A stretch of DNA of 28,041 nt from contig JBBCAV010000019.1 of the NCBI GenBank assembly GCA_051382305.1, positions 1 through 28,041 on the forward strand. The letters are read 5' to 3'. The notes beneath the pieces were generated by a model. The model had not been told where the DNA came from and did no database searches. It was given only the letters and a program-made list of their open reading frames with translations. The DNA comes from Bdellovibrionota bacterium FG-2 (GTDB taxonomy: Bacteria > Bdellovibrionota > UBA1018). Position 1 is the stretch's first letter. Each line of letters begins with the position of its first letter. Both the position numbers and the translations under genes were made by a program. Below are positions 27,089-28,041 of this stretch, piece after piece.

Positions 27089-28041
27089 TCACACTTTTGC
27101 CTTCTCAAACAACTTCACCAGCTCTTTATTCCGAAACGTATTCGAGAACTTCCCCTCGTTTTCAAAATCAATCGTAGCCTTAGTACTCAAACGCTCCCGC
27201 AGCCCCTTGTCCAAAACGAGCTGAGCCATCTTCTCCTCAAGCTCTCGCACCATCAAGACGTGAAGTTCGGGCGCAACGACATAGGCGCCCGAATCTCGGG
27301 GCGGCGCCAAAACCGTCCGATCTAAGCCTAAAGGAGGCAAATCCAAGAAAAGCCCATTCTCGCCATCGCGAATGATCTCAGGAGTTGCAAACTGACGAGT
27401 CAGGACAACCGGTTTTCCGCAACTCAGAGCTTCCATGAAAACCATCCCGTAAGACTCCTCAAGGGTCGGCATCAAGAAAATATCCGCTGGCAAAAAAAAC
27501 TGAGTCATAACCTCAAGAGTCGAGAACTGAGGGCTAAAAAAATGAATCGCAGGGTTCTTCGCATAGCGTGTCTGGAGATCCCCAGGCGCATCCGACACAA
27601 TAAAGAGCCGACAGCGCTCAAATTTCTCCTGAACTCGCTCAAAGGCTTCCAAGACCTCAGGCAACCCCTTGCGAAGCGCCTCTTTGCCGACAAAGAGAAA
27701 ATTCACTTCTTGGTCACCTGACATTCCAGGCGTAGGCTTAGGCACCACTTCATGCGAGACCCGATCCTTGTAAAGATCACGATAAATGGGCAGGCTGGGA
27801 TAAATCACATGGACCCGAGACCGGATCAGATCATAGTCGCGCCCCAAAGCCAATTCCAAGGAGCGCGCAGCCGCATGGCTGATCGGGACGATTCCGCGGC
27901 ATAGCGGGTGGGTCAAAATTTCCAAAATGTGTGGTCTTGCGGCCTCAAAGGCCGTAGGCCCTAAAAAATTTACGAGGGCATTGGCGTGCTCGATATCGAT
28001 AAAGAAAGGTTTGTCCGGAATTTGATCAGGCAAAATTCCCA
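27089..28041 (-). CDS. GT4 (GT-B) glycosyltransferase, 5'-truncated by the window edge
   Basis: FLFVG...RKG, ADIFLMPTLEESYGMVFMEALSCGKPVV (EX7E), EIIRDGENG; frame is open to the window end. Confidence 0.9.
   Translation of the reverse strand, partial: GILPDQIPDKPFFIDIEHANALVNFLGPTAFEAARPHILEILTHPLCRGIVPISHAAARSLELALGRDYDLIRSRVHVIYPSLPIYRDLYKDRVSHEVVPKPTPGMSGDQEVNFLFVGKEALRKGLPEVLEAFERVQEKFERCRLFIVSDAPGDLQTRYAKNPAIHFFSPQFSTLEVMTQFFLPADIFLMPTLEESYGMVFMEALSCGKPVVLTRQFATPEIIRDGENGLFLDLPPLGLDRTVLAPPRDSGAYVVAPELHVLMVRELEEKMAQLVLDKGLRERLSTKATIDFENEGKFSNTFRNKELVKLFEKAKV

Noticed and set aside
4550-27499. A8/T8 homopolymers (e.g. 4550, 6057, 7298, 13054, 15860, 27492) as phase-variation sites
   Set aside because: They are frequent in Phe/Lys-rich coding sequence here, and all these frames are intact.
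1468-28041. Extra DV/DVI copies ahead of other genes (alternative 3' ends as in the Clostridium tetani C.te.I1 surface-layer locus)
   Set aside because: I inspected the intergenic gaps and found no second GAGCCG...CGGTTC element; most gaps are too short to hold one.

Overview
Bacterial window (mid-40s % GC by eye). It starts with the 3' part of a group II intron: the domain III end, an RT/maturase ORF without an endonuclease domain, and domains V and VI. The intron's predicted 3' splice site falls inside the ATG of the next gene. The remaining ~26.5 kb is a dense cell-surface glycosylation island. It holds a GDP-heptose-like sugar-nucleotide pathway (atypical gmhA-like, gmhB, hddC, hddA), an NAD-dependent epimerase, an FAD-dependent oxidoreductase and three GT2 enzymes (GtrB-like, DPM1-like, and a methyltransferase-GT2 fusion). 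It also holds two stand-alone SAM methyltransferases, a partial GT4, and eight large polytopic GT-C-like membrane proteins, two of which are inverted paralogs. A decayed ninth membrane-gene fragment lies in the only long intergenic gap. Gene orientation flips seven times, and the convergent ends abut within 1-9 bp. No CRISPR array, tRNA, rRNA or IS was seen. Family assignments come from motif recognition by eye, not from database searches.
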